A DNA stretch of 40,515 nucleotides. Source: Octopus bimaculoides (Eukaryota). Below, piece by piece: positions 36,126 through 40,515 of this stretch (positions are counted from its first letter, which is position 1; every line of letters starts with the position of its first letter). The stretch covers positions 113,079,432-113,119,946 of the forward strand of contig NC_068984.1 in assembly GCF_001194135.2 (NCBI RefSeq), written 5' to 3'. Below the pieces are notes generated by a model that worked only from the letters and a program-made list of their open reading frames with translations, made no database searches and was not told the DNA's origin. Made by a program: the position numbers and the translations under genes.

Positions 36126-36532
36126 TCATAATTTTAGAAAGGAAGTTGTTAGCGTTCATGGTGCAAATAATGGAGGCGGATGGGGTTGGGGGATAATAAT
36201 GACAAAATTAACGATGTTCTCATCTGTTATGTTTATATAATATCATATGAAAAATATAAAGAAGAAAACTGGCAAGGATAGGCGGGAAAGTTATGTAAAC
36301 AAAACGTTTTGGAACAGATTATGAAAGGTTTTGTATGAGGTAGGCGCAGAAATTTGAGCCAGTCCATTATATAACTAAGGAGGTGTTAACAAGAAGAAAT
36401 AGAAGAAGAAAATTACTGAAGTGTATCAGTGGGTTTGTGAAAATATTAATATTACCTGTATGCAGACAAAATAAATAAATAAATAAATATAAATAGATAT
36501 AATTATAAATATAGGACGTTGATATGGCTATG

Positions 36533-37329
36533 GGCAAAATCGTGGCTGTGTGGTTAAGAAGGCTGTTTTGCAATCACATGGTTTCGGGGGTTCAGTCACA
36601 GTGCGCTGCAACTTGAGGATGTGTCTTCTGTTACGAATCCAGGTCGAACAATGCCTTATGTGNNNNNNNNNNNNNNNNNNNNNNNNNNNNNNNNNNNNNN
36701 NNNNNNNNNNNNNNNNNNNNNNNNNNNNNNNNNNNNNNNNNNNNNNNNNNNNNNNNNNNNNNNNNNNNNNNNNNNNNNNNNNNNNNNNNNNNNNNNNNNN
36801 NNNNNNNNNNNNNNNNNNNNNNNNNNNNNNNNNNNNNNNNNNNNNNNNNNNNNNNNNNNNNNNNNNNNNNNNNNNNNNNNNNNNNNNNNNNNNNNNNNNN
36901 NNNNNNNNNNNNNNNNNNNNNNNNNNNNNNNNNNNNNNNNNNNNNNNNNNNNNNNNNNNNNNNNNNNNNNNNNNNNNNNNNNNNNNNNNNNNNNNNNNNN
37001 NNNNNNNNNNNNNNNNNNNNNNNNNNNNNNNNNNNNNNNNNNNNNNNNNNNNNNNNNNNNNNNNNNNNNNNNNNNNNNNNNNNNNNNNNNNNNNNNNNNN
37101 NNNNNNNNNNNNNNNNNNNNNNNNNNNNNNNNNNNNNNNNNNNNNNNNNNNNNNNNNNNNNNNNNNNNNNNNNNNNNNNNNNNNNNNNNNNNNNNNNNNN
37201 NNNNNNNNNNNNNNNNNNNNNNNNNNNNNNNNNNNNNNNNNNNNNNNNNNNNNNNNNNNNNNNNNNNNNNNNNNNNNNNNNNNNNNNNNNNNNNNNNNNN
37301 NNNNNNNNNNNNNNNNNNNNNNNNNNNNN

Positions 37330-37367
<38 letters not shown>

Positions 37368-37460
37368 ACTAGGTCCGATTAAACCCTTCGACTAAACTCC
37401 ACAAGGCTGCTCCCCATAACGGTTTTAGTCCAATGACTGAAACAAGTAAAAGATTAAAGA
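36533..37460 (+). mobile_element. SINE type B spanning gap 36663-37329 (head before, tail after)
   Basis: Head CGTGGCTGTGTGGTTAAGAAG..GGTTCAGTC; tail TTCGACTAAA..AGTCCAATGACTGAAACAAGTAAAAG. Confidence 0.6.
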
Positions 37461-38102
37461 TAAACATAAACTGAAATAATAATAATGTAATTTAAAAAAA
37501 TGAAAATCTAGTTCCTATCCTGTAATAAAACTCATGTAAAATGGAATTTAAAATATACCAAATTTCTCAGTCTTTTATTTTGATTTTGATATAGAATTCA
37601 GCAGAAATTTCAAATGTTACGTAGGCTTAATTCAATATAAGACACCTACATACATGTATATGATTACAATCAACATGCAGATGTTTTTGACGAGGACATA
37701 GCTTTGATTATAAACGCTGCTAGACACACACCTACACACAGACGCACATATGTATACATATATATATAGACATACATATATATATGTATATACATACATA
37801 TATATATATATATATANNNNNNNNNNNNNNNNNNNNNNNNNNNNNNNNNNNNNNNNNNNNNNNNNNNNNNNNNNNNNNNNNNNNNNNNNNNNNNNNNNNN
37901 NNNNNNNNNNNNNNNNNNNNNNNNNNNNNNNNNNNNNNNNNNNNNNNNNNNNNNNNNNNNNNNNNNNNNNNNNNNNNNNNNNNNNNNNNNNNNNNNNNNN
38001 NNNNNNNNNNNNNNNNNNNNNNNNNNNNNNNNNNNNNNNNNNNNNNNNNNNNNNNNNNNNNNNNNNNNNNNNNNNGTGCCTTCATGTAATCCTCAGGCTT
38101 AC

Positions 38103-38143
38103 GCTCACATGCCAAAACGAGCTAAAACAAGACGATATAATAT
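38103..38143 (-). other. Candidate 41-nt internal exon (unverified)
   Basis: Long polypyrimidine tract ending TTTTCAG (AG at 38145-38144) and donor GTAAGC (38102-38097). It reads (x)IISSCFSSFWHVS; no homology recognised. Confidence 0.2.
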
Positions 38144-38747
38144 CTGAAAATACGAGAAGCGGTGAGAAGAAAATAAATGTAAAAGATGGAAGGTTGAAAC
38201 ACCGGAAAACGAAAGAAAAAGGAGTTATGTCCCCTTTGACCGTAATTTATTGTAAGGCTGAATGGATAGGGGCCTAGAGTCTGCTGTACAGCTGCTCAGT
38301 CCAGATAGAGTCTTTTTTTTTTTTGTCTTTTCCAATTTGCCACCAGGAACTTAACCGTATGTTTACATCCGCTGAAAATTTCAGATCTAGAATTCAGTAT
38401 GCGATGGAACTCTTAGATCTGAAAAGGATCTGTGGTTTTTCAGCTACGCACGGGTTACACTCTTTTTATCCGTTGACATATGATGTGGACTTTTCAACTA
38501 TTTTCTATTTGATTGTATGTGGAATGGTGTTAGACTTCAAACCACATACGTGGCTAGCCAACTTAATGGCTTTGCTTTTGGTCCTGTTCCAGAAGGAAGA
38601 TACATGGTAAGCATAGCAATTTTTGAATTGAAGTCGTATTAACATAACCCAATGTAACTCTTCTTTTCGGTTATGTTATCATCTAGCGTTGCTGTCCACT
38701 CGATCAGAGGTGTATGATGAAATCAACTACAGTCAGCGAACAAATAC

Positions 38748-38947
38748 TAATCCTTTCTAAACTAGGCACAAGGCCTGAAATTTTGTGGGGAGGAAGAAGT
38801 CGATTGCATCAACACCAGTGTTATCGACCACGAAAAGGATGAAGAGTAAAGTCGACCTCGGCAGAATCTGAACTCTGAATGTAAAAACAGACGAAATCCC
38901 GCTAACCATTTTGCCTAGCGTGTTAACGATTAAGCTAGCTCGCCACC
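38748..38947 (-). mobile_element. SINE type A
   Basis: TAATCCTTTCT..AGGCACAAGGCCTGAAATTTT..AAAGTCGACCTCGGCAGAAT.TGAACT..CTAGCTCGCCACC. Confidence 0.8.
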
Positions 38948-39084
38948 TAATAATGAAAAAATAATAACAATATGGTGGTGCCCCAGCATGGCCACAGCTC
39001 ATGAGGTGAAACTATACAAAAGGAAAATGAAAATGAAAATGAATACAGCTACTATTTACAGCAACTGCCTCAGTAACAGCAGCA

Positions 39085-39091
39085 GCAGAAT

Positions 39092-39162
<71 letters not shown>
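39085..39162. repeat. (CAG)n then (AGT)n microsatellite
   Basis: Directly visible. Confidence 0.95.
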
Positions 39163-39163
<1 letters not shown>

Positions 39164-39490
39164 ATTCGATACACAAGCTCTATTGCTGGGCGTTTGAAGT
39201 AAGCTTATATCCCTTGGTGGTTACTTGTCAGAACGTGATCGTACGTGCTTTTAACATTAAAAAAGATTATACTTCTTTAACTACAGAATGTTGTGTTCAA
39301 ATATCCATGCTACGTTGGCGTGTTAGTAAATACTTTTTTAATGATTGTAAAATAAACATTGAGATACATGCAAGCCAACGAGAGAGCCTCTGCCATGTAG
39401 TGTCTATGCAGTCGATTGGTCGACTAGAAATAACTGTGAAATACTTCTCAAATTCTATTCTGATCTTATCAAAAAGGAAGTACACATATT

Positions 39491-40154
39491 CTTTTCTTTT
39501 CTAGGCACAAGGCTTGAGATTTAGGGAGAGTGGGAAAGTCGATTAGATCGATCCCAGCACGCAACTGGTACTTAATTTATCGACCCCGAAAGGTTGAAAT
39601 TCAAAGTCGACCTCGGCGGAAATTGAACTCAGAACGCAAAGACAGACGAAATACCGCTAAGCATTTCGCCCGGGGTGCTAACATTTCTGCCAGCTCGCCG
39701 CCTTCAGAAAGTACACATATTCTTTTCTACTCTAGGCACAGAGCCCGAAATTTTTGTGGGAGGGGTTCAGTCGATTAGATTGACCCCAGTATGCAACTGG
39801 TACTTATTTAATCGACCCCAAAAGGATGAACGGCAAAGTCGACTTCGGCAGAATTTGAACTCAGAATGGAAAGACAGACGAAATACCGCTAAGCATTTCA
39901 CCCGGCATGCTATCGTTTCTTCTTTCTTTATTGCCCACAAAGGGCTAAACATAGAGGGGACAAACAAGGACAGACAAAGGGATTAAGTCGATTACATCGA
40001 CCCCAGTACGCAACTGGTACTTAATTTATCGATCCCAAAAGAATGAAAGACAAAGTCGACCTCGGCTGAGTATGAACTTAGAACGTAACGGCAGACGAAA
40101 TACCGCTAAGTATTTTCGCCCGGCACGCTAACGTTTCTGCCAGCTCGCCGCCCT
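39491..40154 (-). mobile_element. Trimer of well-preserved SINE type A copies; third copy has an alternative L1/Tx1-like 3' tail
   Basis: Copies ~39491-39702, ~39722-39920 and ~39921-40154. The block is flanked by AAGGAAGTACACATATT (39474-39490 and 40155-40171). Confidence 0.9.
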
Positions 40155-40454
40155 AAGGAAGTACACATATTGAATGAAACAAAGCGACGTAAGAGCTATT
40201 GTTGGAACGCTATCAGATTGCAATATTAATATTCAAATCATGTTTAATCGTAAACAATATGTTATTAAGCATTTGGATGCTATATTCTCAGAATTATTGG
40301 TAACACATCAGAGTTGAACAACTTCAGAGATTAAGATAAAAATATTCGAAAGTTATATTTCCATTTCCTTGTGCTGTGATGGAATAAAAAGAAAAGAATG
40401 TGAGTTATTCGGCCTGGGTCTCACTCTCACTTATACTTTATACATTTCAAACAC

Positions 40455-40455
40455 G

Positions 40456-40515
<60 letters not shown>
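40455..40515. repeat. (CA)n microsatellite
   Basis: Directly visible. Confidence 0.95.

Noticed and set aside
753-38277. Long ORFs in the track containing X runs or poly-Y/I, C/V, H/T, S/L stretches
   Set aside because: They are open only because N-gaps and (TA)n/(CA)n/(TATC)n repeats lack stops in some frames. No protein signal.

Overview
Repeat-saturated, AT-rich animal genomic DNA from a gapped draft assembly. About 15 N-runs are present, most abutting microsatellites. The SINE families and microsatellite load resemble a coleoid cephalopod (Octopus-like) genome, but this is inference from pattern recall, not a search result. No host protein-coding gene, rRNA, true tRNA or CRISPR array can be supported, and most ORF-track entries are microsatellite or gap artefacts. 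The recognisable coding DNA is all transposon debris: two fragments of one L1/Tx1-type LINE, a decayed Penelope-like element (RT C-terminus plus GIY-YIG, missed by the ORF track), a Helitron 3' end, an internally deleted mariner transposase and a CR1/L2-type RT fragment (also missed). There are also hAT and Tc1/mariner MITEs, more than 25 tRNA-derived SINE copies of about 4 types (A-D are my working labels) and two long fold-back palindromes. The best observation is a SINE variant (about 39920-40154) whose 3' tail matches the 3' end of the L1/Tx1 LINE in this window at 37/42 nt, suggesting a SINE/LINE partner pair with modular tail swapping.
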